Below, in pieces: positions 55,800 through 64,000 of a DNA stretch of 64,000 nucleotides. The DNA is from Saprospiraceae bacterium (GTDB taxonomy: Bacteria > Bacteroidota > Bacteroidia > Chitinophagales > Saprospiraceae). Below the pieces are notes generated by a model, which saw nothing but the letters and a program-made list of their open reading frames with translations, made no database searches and was not told where the DNA came from. How positions within the stretch are numbered: the stretch's first letter is position 1; every line of letters starts with the position of its first letter. A program made the translations under genes and the position numbers. The stretch covers positions 5,142 through 69,141 of the forward strand of contig JAHDIE010000012.1 in assembly GCA_020630955.1 (NCBI GenBank), read 5' to 3'.

Positions 55800-58700
55800 T
55801 TAAAACCTGATATTAGTTCCAAATGTAACCACTTTGGATACAGGATAAATTCTACTATCAATACCTAAACTTAAGTTATCATAAGAAATGATTTCAGGGT
55901 CATAACCTTGGTAATCAGTAATTGTGATTAGGTTAGTTCCTTGAACATAAAATCTTAATGATTCCATTCTTGCTCTGTCAGAAATAGCTGCTGGCAAAGT
56001 ATATCCTACTTGTAAATTCTTTAATCTAAAGTAAGAACCATCTTCTACAAAGTAAGAATTTGCTGATGCTTCTTCTAGAGGATATGAAAGAGTTAGTGCA
56101 GGAACATCTGTATCTGTATTACTTGGCGTCCAAGCATCTAATACTCTATCACTTCTATTGCCATTAAAGAATAATCCAAAGTCAGTAAATACTTTGTTAT
56201 AATTGTATATCTCATTTCCTTTCGAACCTGTAAAGAATAAAGATGCATCAAATCCTTTAAAGTCCATTTTCAAGTTAATACCATATGTAAAGTCTGGGTG
56301 TGGAGATCCTAGTTTTGTTCTATCGTCATCATTAATCACTCCATCTCCATTGATGTCCTCGTATGTAAAACGACCATTTTCATCAAAACCATTAACTTGT
56401 CTTCCATAAAAATAAGACATTTCATCTCCTACTTCAGTCCTAGTTACAGCACCATTTCTGATATCGCCACGACCTGCAACAGGTGCATCGTTGATTAGAG
56501 CAGTTACTTCGTTTTTGTACTTAGAAATATTAAATGAAAGATCATAGCCAAATCCACCTGAAGTTCTGTCACCATATCCAATTCCTAAATCGAATCCAGT
56601 GTTTTTCACATCACCTAAGTTTACAAGAGGAGCTCCTGCATCAATGGCTGTTGTGCTAATCAAACTAAAATCTCTAGTAATCAAGTCTTGAGTAGTAATA
56701 TTAAACAACTCAAAATTAACTTGGAATCTATGGTCTAACATCGATAGATCTGCACCAATGTTTCTACTTGTTGATGTTTCCCATTTCAAGTTTGGATTAC
56801 CAACTTGAGCCAATAAAGCACCAGTTGTTATTGTACTTCCATCAAAAGAATAATTTGCTAAACCTTCATTTAAGTTAGAAATGTTGATGGTAGGATTGTT
56901 AGCAGGTAAAGTTTGGTTACCTAACTGTCCCCAAGAAGCTTTTAACTTAATTCTGTCAAAAATGCCACTGTTAGCAAAAAAGCCTTCTTTGGTTACATCC
57001 CATCCCACGCTGAACGATGGGAAGATATCTGATTTGTTATCTCCTAAAAATCGTGAAGATTCATCTTGACGTAAAGTTGCTGTTGCAAAGTATTTATCTG
57101 CAAATGAATAATTTACGCTACCAAATATAGAAAATAGAGAACTAGCACCATCAAATGCAAAATCAACATTTGGAGCTCCAGAACCATTTCCTAATAAGTA
57201 AAAATTTGGATCTTCAAATAGGTAACCTTGTCTTGATACACCAAATCCTTTTGATTGCTCTCTTAATGCCTCAACACCAGCTAGAATATTGAAATAATGG
57301 TCAGCTACTGTTTTTTGATAATTTAAAGTATTTGTCCAATTCCAGTTCGAACCAGTTACATTACTCTCTCTTAAAGTGTTTGTAGAAATTGGCTCACCAT
57401 GCTCAGGGTCAAGCGCAGTAAACGATCTAGTATCACCAGTACGTATACCACCTCCTAAAACAGTTTTAAATTCTAATCCATCAATCAATCCTATAGACAT
57501 ATAAGCATCACCAAAAAGAGAGAATCTTCTATCAAAATTATCTCTAGTTCTGTACAGCTGAGCTGCTGGATTTCTAGTATTACTTAGTCCAGGACCTGCA
57601 ACACCAGTAAATTCTCCATTATCGTCCGTGACAGGTAGCAAAGGAGTCATCCTCAAAGCTCCTTCGATGGCCTCACTATCTCCAGCATTTTGATCTGTAT
57701 ATGCAATGTTTAAGTGCTCTCCAACTTTTATTCTATCACCAAATTTGAATTCAGAATTTACTTTCATATTAGCTCTTTCAAAACCAGTATGATTCAAAAT
57801 TCCATCTCGTGTTAAGTAATTAGCACCTAAATAATACTTACCCATTTTCTCACCGTTAGCTATCGAAAATCCAACATTAGAAATTGGTGCAGTTTGAGTT
57901 ATGGCATCTATCCAATTTGTTCCGCCTGCATCAACGGTTGCATTATATACTCCTGGTGCAGCGAAGGTAATTGGATCATAGGATTGAACTCTTGTATAAC
58001 CAACTATTGAGGATGGCACAACAGGAGAATCTCCAGAACCATATTGAGGATGCTCTGGAGTTAAGCCATCATTTATTTGACTTTGCCATATCATATCGGC
58101 ATGCTGTTGAGCATTCAATAATCCTGGCTGACTAGCAAGGGTCGAGCTTCCTGTGTATGCATTTAATGTTATGATTGGTTTAGGCATGTCATACCCACCA
58201 CCTTTAGTAGTAATAATTACAACACCATTAGATGCTCTAGCACCATATATTGCAGCAGCTCCATCTTTCAAAACGTTCATCTGATCGATATCGTCTGGAT
58301 TAATGTAGTTTAAAGCATTTGGGTCATCAGTTTGGATTCCATCGATAATATAGAGTGGGTTGGTATTATTACTTGTACCAAATCCTCTAATATTTATTTT
58401 TGGAGCATCTCCTGGAGCTCCGCTTGAAACCACTTGAACCCCAGTTACACGACCTTGTAATACTTCAGCAACATTTACAACTGGTGCCTTGATTGCCTCA
58501 ACCATGTCTACTGAAGCCACAGAACCAGTAATGTCTCCTCTAGTTTGAGAAGCATATCCAACAACTACAACTTCATCCAAGGCTAAGCCTTCGGTAAGAT
58601 TGATGACAAGATTTTGCTCTGATCCAACTGTAATAGACTGATTGTTATATCCAGTATAAGAAATAACAAGAACATCGCCCTGATTCGCATTAAGGCTAAA

Positions 58701-58889
58701 ATTCCCATCAATATCTGTAATAGTCCCATTTGTCGTTCCTTGTTGGATGACCGATGCCCCAATTAAAGGGTCTCCACTGGAGGCATCATACACGGTTCCG
58801 GAAATTTGGCTGTATGCCGCATGACCGAAAAACAATAGTGATAATACCAGAAAAACATTCCTAGCATTGAAAATCATACGTTTTTTCAT
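55800..58889 (-). CDS. susC: SusC/RagA-family TonB-linked outer-membrane protein
   Basis: Signal peptide, 'ISGTVYDASSGDPLIGASVIQQGT' CarboxypepD_reg domain, plug with 'NPLYIIDGI', ~1000 aa, ends '...TFGTNIRF'. Confidence 0.95.
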   Translation of the reverse strand: MKKRMIFNARNVFLVLSLLFFGHAAYSQISGTVYDASSGDPLIGASVIQQGTTNGTITDIDGNFSLNANQGDVLVISYTGYNNQSITVGSEQNLVINLTEGLALDEVVVVGYASQTRGDITGSVASVDMVEAIKAPVVNVAEVLQGRVTGVQVVSSGAPGDAPKINIRGFGTSNNTNPLYIIDGIQTDDPNALNYINPDDIDQMNVLKDGAAAIYGARASNGVVIITTKGGGYDMPKPIITLNAYTGSSTLASQPGLLNAQQHADMIWQSQINDGLTPEHPQYGSGDSPVVPSSIVGYTRVQSYDPITFAAPGVYNATVDAGGTNWIDAITQTAPISNVGFSIANGEKMGKYYLGANYLTRDGILNHTGFERANMKVNSEFKFGDRIKVGEHLNIAYTDQNAGDSEAIEGALRMTPLLPVTDDNGEFTGVAGPGLSNTRNPAAQLYRTRDNFDRRFSLFGDAYMSIGLIDGLEFKTVLGGGIRTGDTRSFTALDPEHGEPISTNTLRESNVTGSNWNWTNTLNYQKTVADHYFNILAGVEALREQSKGFGVSRQGYLFEDPNFYLLGNGSGAPNVDFAFDGASSLFSIFGSVNYSFADKYFATATLRQDESSRFLGDNKSDIFPSFSVGWDVTKEGFFANSGIFDRIKLKASWGQLGNQTLPANNPTINISNLNEGLANYSFDGSTITTGALLAQVGNPNLKWETSTSRNIGADLSMLDHRFQVNFELFNITTQDLITRDFSLISTTAIDAGAPLVNLGDVKNTGFDLGIGYGDRTSGGFGYDLSFNISKYKNEVTALINDAPVAGRGDIRNGAVTRTEVGDEMSYFYGRQVNGFDENGRFTYEDINGDGVINDDDRTKLGSPHPDFTYGINLKMDFKGFDASLFFTGSKGNEIYNYNKVFTDFGLFFNGNRSDRVLDAWTPSNTDTDVPALTLSYPLEEASANSYFVEDGSYFRLKNLQVGYTLPAAISDRARMESLRFYVQGTNLITITDYQGYDPEIISYDNLSLGIDSRIYPVSKVVTFGTNIRF

Positions 58890-59566
58890 ATTTCATTTTT
58901 ATTTGATAAATTGGTTTACGTCGTAGTTTTGGTTCGAAACTACAGAGTGTAGAACTTATTGTACGTTTAACAATAATACAATTTATATAAAAATTAACTA
59001 TTTTTAGAAAAAACAACGACATTCCCAAAGTGATTTATAAGAATTCTTTTCGAATCACAGTATTTATTGAATACCTAACCAGTTAAAAGAATTGAAGTCG
59101 TAGGAAGAAATTATTTTTTTGAGGGAAATCAACATTCTTCTTTATTATGAGAAATTTAGAAACCTTTACTTACAGTATAGTATAGATTTTCTATTATTAT
59201 AAATGTCATCTCTTTTTCTGAAAATGTTGTTCATCAAGAATTAACTCATCAAAAAATGTGGTTATATTAAAACTTGAAGTGTAGGTAGAAAACCATTCCT
59301 CGATAATATTTTTTAAAAAAAATGGATTTCAAAAAATTGCAAAGTTGACTTTCGCATAAAACACAACAGTTATGATAATTAGATAAAGACAAAGCACTTA
59401 GATTAACTTTGATTAGAAGATTAGATGCTAATAACTTTAGTATAATTCTTGGCAGGATAAATTGGTTATATAAGAATCCGACTATATCTTCGATTAAAAT
59501 CAATCAACTAACTGGATTAATCCAAGTATACAATTTACTCTTTAAAATGAATTTATTCTTACAGCG

Positions 59567-59989
59567 GTGAAGTATAAAAAATCCATCATAGGTAGCTCAA
59601 TTGCATTTATTATAGCTACAAGTTGTTGCTGGCTACCCGCTTTATTGATTGCTCTAGGTGGTGGAACTACAATTATTTCTTTGAGTAAAGGATTAGAAAA
59701 ATTTAGTGGCTTGTTTTTCCTTTTGGGAATAGCTTTATTAGGATATGGTCTTTACCATTTTTATAAACAGATAGAAGCTCCTAATACAGTAATCTTACAA
59801 TCAAACATTACTTGTCCGAATTGCAACCATCAAAAAGAAGAAACAATGCCAACCAATGCTTGCCAATACTTCTACGAATGCGAAAACTGCCATGTCTTGT
59901 TAAAACCGATAAATAATGATTGCTGTGTTTTTTGCAGTTATGGTTCAGTGGTCTGCCCTCCCATTCAGCTCAATGAAAATTGTTGCTAA
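59567..59989 (+). CDS. MerT-like two-TM protein fused to a Cys-rich 'GDCCVxC'-type domain (putative heavy-metal binding/transport)
   Basis: GTG start. TM1 with a vicinal Cys pair 'ATSCCWLPALLIALGGG', then TM2, then 'CPNC...C..FYECENC...NNDCCVFCSYGSVVCPP'. Confidence 0.65.
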   Translation: MKYKKSIIGSSIAFIIATSCCWLPALLIALGGGTTIISLSKGLEKFSGLFFLLGIALLGYGLYHFYKQIEAPNTVILQSNITCPNCNHQKEETMPTNACQYFYECENCHVLLKPINNDCCVFCSYGSVVCPPIQLNENCC

Positions 59990-60100
59990 TATTCAATCGA
60001 TGACTTCAATATATAATTAATAACCTAGCTTCAACTTAAAATCAAAGCTTTCATAAAACATCTAATGTTTGCCATGTATTTAATTCATTATTAAAATAAT

Positions 60101-60140
60101 AGATAAAACATATTATAAATTATCATAATATGTTTTATCT
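60101..60140. repeat. perfect 16-bp inverted repeat (40-nt palindromic element) upstream of the M43 protease gene
   Basis: AGATAAAACATATTAT-aaattatc-ATAATATGTTTTATCT. 112 nt after the stop at 59989 and 53 nt before the ATG at 60193. Confidence 0.6.
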
Positions 60141-60192
60141 TTGACATTACCCCAATTTCCATCCCCAGCAGTTTCATAATAATTCTATAGTT

Positions 60193-62703
60193 ATGAACAT
60201 AATGGTCCGGTTTTCTATTGCTTTCGCAATTTTATTTGGTTTTTCATCATTAGCACTTTCACAGCAGCATCAGTGCATCTCTGAACATCATCTTGAACAC
60301 AATCATGATTTTAGTAAGCAATATCAACAGAAAGTTGATAAAATTCTTGCAAACAAAAGAGAAAATAAGTCCTTTGATAATTTAGGAAATATAACCATTC
60401 CGATTGTAGTGCATGTAGTCTATAATACCGATCAACAGAATATATCAGACGCACAGATCGAGTCACAGATTGATGTGCTCAACGTAGCTTTCAATATGGA
60501 AGCGCCTTGGATTACTGGCATCTACCCTCAAGCAACAGATACCGATATACACTTTGTACTAGCTAATGTTGATCCTAATGGAAACTCGACCAATGGAATA
60601 ACCAGAACAAATACATCGGTGAGCATCTTTTCGATAGCACCTGGTCAGCCACTAGACTGGGAACAAAATACCTATATGAAGTTGGACGAACACGGAGGCA
60701 AGGATGCATGGCCGTCTGAAGATTATTTGAATATTTGGGTTATCAACTGCCAATATTATATCAAAGGATTTGGAACCTTTCCTGGCAGTATAGATTCCAA
60801 TCTTGATGGAATTGTTATGAATTATAAATACTTTGGAAATATTGGAACCGGAATAACCTATACAAATTACACGGGCGGTAAATCATGTGTCCACGAGGTA
60901 GGTCATTGGCTGGATCTAAGGCATCTTTTCGCCAATGATTGCGAAGTAAACGACGGTTTAGATGACACACCCGCTCAAGATGATTATTATTATAGTTGCG
61001 CAGAACCCATTGAAGAATGTGGCAACACGTTAATGTTAGAAAACTACATGCAGTACACCTATGATCAATGCCAAATGGTCTATACCGAAGATCAAAAGAC
61101 CGTGATGAGAAGTAATTTCTTAGACGGTGGATTAAGAGAATCTATATTAAATAGCAATGGATTTGATAACAGTAATAGCGCAAGAATTTTTGGTAACTTC
61201 TACCACGATATCGATCAAGATGAAGAAATAGATAGCAATGAACCTATGTATGCTGACATTAATATCAGTCTTTATAATTGTAACCATCAGCTCCTGCAAA
61301 CCAAAACTTCAGACAGTGATGGTTTCTATGAGTTTACCAATCTTTCTGAAGGGCAGTATTATATCTTAGTAGATCCAAATAGTTTGCCTTCTGACAAAGG
61401 CCCAGATCCAATCTTCTTAAGTACTGGCTCATGTGCTGATATTCAAAACGGTTTTGATTATTTGCAAAGCTTTGGTTTGCTAAGCTATGCTTCGGTTGGT
61501 GGTAAAGTTTGGGAAGACACAAATGCAAACGGAATAATGCAATCCACTGAACCAAGTATTGATGCTGCAACCATTTTATTGCGAAAACCAAATGGTAGCA
61601 TTATTCAACAGACCTACCCTTCAGCAGACGGTACATACATATTTACGGAAGTATATCCAGATGAATATTATTTAGAATTTATACTTAGCAGTGATTACCA
61701 TCAAACATTAATGGCCGAAGGAAACAACTATGAAGACAATGATGTTGCCAATTTTTATGGCAATAATACGACTCAGATTCATAATCTGTCCCAAGGTCAA
61801 ATCATTTCTAATATAGGAGCTGGATTCTACCTCATGGCTGAAGTCAACGGTCACGTATGGAATGATTACAACTATAATGGACTATTTGACAATGGTGAGT
61901 CAGGAATGGAATCTATAGTTGTAAATCTCTACAATGATCAATTTCAAGTAGTCAAAAGTACAGTTACAAATACAGATGGACTATACGTCATTGAGGATAT
62001 AAGTCCTAGTCAATATTATCTAAGTATTGACCCTGTGGATAATATGTCTATCATTCCTCAGCCCTTACAGGCATATTATTTCGATCAATCAAATGGGCCA
62101 AACACTAGTCCATTTTTCAGTTTCATGTCTGGAACAAGCATTGACAATCTTAATGCTGGATTAGGTTTTGGAACAGTAGCATTACAAGACTTAAGACTCA
62201 GTGGCAGAGCTGAGCCAGATTACATTTTACTGGAATGGGACAATCTAACTGGAGAAGAGTTCCAACATTTTAATTTACAAAAGAAAAAAAATGGGAATTG
62301 GGTCAATATATTTGAAGGAAGTGATTTCAATATAAATCATTTCAGAGATGATCAAATTGATAAAAGAACAAACTATTATAGAATACAACTAACAGGACAA
62401 GCTAGTAATACGATTACAAGTAATGTTGTTGCTATTGAGTATGAAGGTATCGAAACCTTGTTGGTCTTTCAAAACCCAGTTAGTGAGAAAGTACATATAA
62501 CATTTAACAATAAAGAATTTGCCAAAATAAGGTTAAATGTTTTTGATAATCAAAGATGTTTAGAGCAGATAGACATTTACGGAAGTGAACTGGATAGTCA
62601 TGACCAATATGAGTTGAATTTTAGCAATTATCCACCAGGTATGTACTTCATCAACTACCAAATTGGTAATTTGACACACACTAAAAAGCTTATTAAAATA
62701 TAG
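60193..62703 (+). CDS. M43 (pappalysin/cytophagalysin-like) zinc metalloprotease with three SdrD/Cna-B-like repeats, an FN3-like domain and T9SS type A CTD
   Basis: Signal peptide. 'CVHEVGHWLDLRHLF' (HExxHxxxxxH) plus a downstream 'DDTPAQ' and Met-turn region. Three 'G.VW.D.N.NG..D..E......V.L......V..T.T..DG.Y.F..L..G.Y' repeats. C-terminal 'LLVFQNPVSEKVHITF...GMYFINYQ'. Confidence 0.9.
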   Translation: MNIMVRFSIAFAILFGFSSLALSQQHQCISEHHLEHNHDFSKQYQQKVDKILANKRENKSFDNLGNITIPIVVHVVYNTDQQNISDAQIESQIDVLNVAFNMEAPWITGIYPQATDTDIHFVLANVDPNGNSTNGITRTNTSVSIFSIAPGQPLDWEQNTYMKLDEHGGKDAWPSEDYLNIWVINCQYYIKGFGTFPGSIDSNLDGIVMNYKYFGNIGTGITYTNYTGGKSCVHEVGHWLDLRHLFANDCEVNDGLDDTPAQDDYYYSCAEPIEECGNTLMLENYMQYTYDQCQMVYTEDQKTVMRSNFLDGGLRESILNSNGFDNSNSARIFGNFYHDIDQDEEIDSNEPMYADINISLYNCNHQLLQTKTSDSDGFYEFTNLSEGQYYILVDPNSLPSDKGPDPIFLSTGSCADIQNGFDYLQSFGLLSYASVGGKVWEDTNANGIMQSTEPSIDAATILLRKPNGSIIQQTYPSADGTYIFTEVYPDEYYLEFILSSDYHQTLMAEGNNYEDNDVANFYGNNTTQIHNLSQGQIISNIGAGFYLMAEVNGHVWNDYNYNGLFDNGESGMESIVVNLYNDQFQVVKSTVTNTDGLYVIEDISPSQYYLSIDPVDNMSIIPQPLQAYYFDQSNGPNTSPFFSFMSGTSIDNLNAGLGFGTVALQDLRLSGRAEPDYILLEWDNLTGEEFQHFNLQKKKNGNWVNIFEGSDFNINHFRDDQIDKRTNYYRIQLTGQASNTITSNVVAIEYEGIETLLVFQNPVSEKVHITFNNKEFAKIRLNVFDNQRCLEQIDIYGSELDSHDQYELNFSNYPPGMYFINYQIGNLTHTKKLIKI

Positions 62704-62819
62704 AAAATATGATTCAAAATTAATATCATAATTTCTTACCATACATAAGATATTCTTTATCAAGCAAGTTAAGCTTTGGCAAAAAGAATATGTCTAAAAT
62801 ACCCTAAATAAAAAACGAC

Positions 62820-62920
62820 CTAGCATAGAATTTGGTACTACTGCCACTAGAGGAACCATTTCAAATCCATTAGTGGGTCGAGTGGTATCATTATTAACCA
62901 TAATTTATATTCTATGCTAG
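62820..62920 (+). other. ~100-nt nested-helix element (possible structured RNA leader or MITE-like inverted repeat)
   Basis: P1 CTAGCATAGAAT (62820-62831) / ATTCTATGCTAG (62909-62920), 12 bp perfect. P2 GGTACTAC (62834-41) / GTGGTATC (62882-89), 8 bp with two G-U pairs that exist only on the + strand. P3 CCACTA (62844-49) / TAGTGG (62871-76). Confidence 0.4.
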
Positions 62921-62976
62921 CCTTAGCAAGAGCTGTGCATTATTGCACATCTAAATCAACACAAAAGAAAATCGAA

Positions 62977-64000
62977 ATGAAGTATTTCAAACTTCTTTTC
63001 TCAACTGTTTTCTTACTTTTTTCTAGTCATATAATAGTACCAACCTTTGGTCAGGTAGACTGTGATAGCACATCACCTCCTGGTTGTTATAACTCATTGA
63101 ATATTGCTATAGATGGGGAGTGTCATGCTTATGCAAATGTGTCTGCGCTGATCTCCAATTATAATGCAGATTTGAGTTACACTGTTACTTTTACTGACGA
63201 AAATGGAGAAAGTACCACCAATAATGATCTTGGCGCATTCTTAGGACAGACATTAGAGTTTCTTGTTCAAGATGAATGTGGCAATGGTTGTTGGGGAAAC
63301 ATCACAGTAGAAGATAAGACAGGAGCAATCCTCAATGGTTGCGATGATATCATCCTAAGCTGCGCCGAATATGAATTAGGCACTTCTGAAGAAGATTATG
63401 CACCCACATTCCATGCTAATTGCAGTATGATCGAAGCAGAATTTAGTTTTGAAGATGACACATTAAATGTCATGTGCCAGAATGGATTTTCTAATTCTAT
63501 AGTAAGATCGTGGATTGCAACCGATTCCCTAGGTAATCTAATTGCTATGTGCGATCAAGTTATAAACATCGAAATATTGGATGTTTTATCCGTTGTTTTC
63601 CCTGGTGATACGACTTTAAATTACTCACAGAATTCTAGTTGTGATATTTTTTCTGATGCGCAGATGCATCCTGATAGTTTAGGCTATCCTGAAGGCATTT
63701 TTTGTCCTAATTTCAATTGGTATTATCAAGATACTGAATTTGACATTTGTGGTGCAAGTAGAAAGTTGTTGAGAAAATGGACAGTTATAGATTGGTGTAC
63801 AGGAGAGATTGCAAGAGGAGAACAAATCATCAAGGTACTCGATGATGAGCCTCCAATTAAAGTTTGTCCTCCTGATACGCTTAAGTTCCCGGCACAATAT
63901 GGATGTACTGCCAAAATAAACTTAGATCCATTTCATTTAGATCATGGAATTGGAGCGCTGCAAAGTTTTGTAGAGTGTTCAAGCTTTGAAATTTTTGTAG
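62977..64000 (+). CDS. 5' part of a second large Cys-rich (HYR-like repeat) surface protein, continues beyond the window
   Basis: Not in the ORF track because there is no stop before the window end. My translation from the ATG at 62977 is open for 341 codons: MKYFKLLFSTVFLLFSSHIIVPTFGQVDCDS... It has 'R.W...D..GN...C.Q.I.....PP...CP.D' units like the 10682 gene. Confidence 0.75.
   Translation, partial: MKYFKLLFSTVFLLFSSHIIVPTFGQVDCDSTSPPGCYNSLNIAIDGECHAYANVSALISNYNADLSYTVTFTDENGESTTNNDLGAFLGQTLEFLVQDECGNGCWGNITVEDKTGAILNGCDDIILSCAEYELGTSEEDYAPTFHANCSMIEAEFSFEDDTLNVMCQNGFSNSIVRSWIATDSLGNLIAMCDQVINIEILDVLSVVFPGDTTLNYSQNSSCDIFSDAQMHPDSLGYPEGIFCPNFNWYYQDTEFDICGASRKLLRKWTVIDWCTGEIARGEQIIKVLDDEPPIKVCPPDTLKFPAQYGCTAKINLDPFHLDHGIGALQSFVECSSFEIFV

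Noticed and set aside
58923-58943. 7-bp hairpin (GTAGTTT-tggttcg-AAACTAC) in the susC leader, and a 7-bp hairpin plus T7 at about 53855-53878.
   Set aside because: These are short AT-rich stems of the kind expected by chance in AT-rich DNA. The second is oriented as a + strand terminator where no + strand gene exists.
59267-59503. 78-aa minus-strand ORF in the 680-bp gap upstream of susC.
   Set aside because: AT-rich, low-complexity product with no signal or motif. The region is more plausibly the susC and mer-like promoter/leader region.
1-64000. Looked for tRNA, rRNA, CRISPR arrays, transposase or integrase genes, prophage modules, toxin-antitoxin pairs and known defence-system signatures.
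   Set aside because: No regularly spaced direct repeats were seen. No intergenic segment has cloverleaf-like complementarity. No ORF has DDE, tyrosine-recombinase, reverse-transcriptase, nuclease or NTPase defence-type motifs that I could recognise. This was a by-eye scan, so short or degenerate elements could be missed.

Overview
AT-rich (about one-third G+C by eye, not computed), densely coding chromosomal segment that looks like Bacteroidota. The evidence is SusC/SusD, many T9SS C-terminal sorting domains, Bacteroidetes-style TAnnTTTG -7 boxes and almost no Shine-Dalgarno use. A low-GC Flavobacteriales or Saprospirales-like organism is a guess. Housekeeping genes: aspS, a NifU-like gene, rpsA, fadD, sucB, cutC and a carotenoid set (crtY, crtB, crtI). 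Between them sits an unusually large complement of cell-surface and secreted protein genes. At least six ORFs carry T9SS sorting domains, and a seventh candidate is cut off by the window edge. These include two Cys-rich repeat adhesins, a thioredoxin-fold protein, an M43 metalloprotease and a tandem pair of ~1030-aa paralogues. Other content: one SusC/SusD pair followed by a VCBS/FG-GAP (ASPIC/UnbV-like) protein with no CAZymes, an orphan TonB-dependent receptor with a small Cys/His lipoprotein, an ECF sigma/anti-sigma pair followed by a His/Asp-rich predicted outer-membrane protein, and a MerT-like/GDCCVxC-type Cys-rich membrane protein. I saw no tRNA, rRNA, CRISPR array, transposase, integrase, prophage or canonical defence system. 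The best candidates for uncharacterised biology are: (1) the 29636-36311 cassette of large T9SS paralogue, small lipoprotein, large paralogue; (2) the CAZyme-less SusC/SusD/VCBS triad; (3) the sigma/anti-sigma/small-barrel modules, one with a (DH)n tract; (4) ribosomal protein S1 fused to a C-terminal helix-hairpin-helix module; (5) several long perfect palindromes or nested helices in leader regions. All functional calls come from motif recognition by eye and none from a database search. Hairpin coordinates may be off by 1-2 nt.
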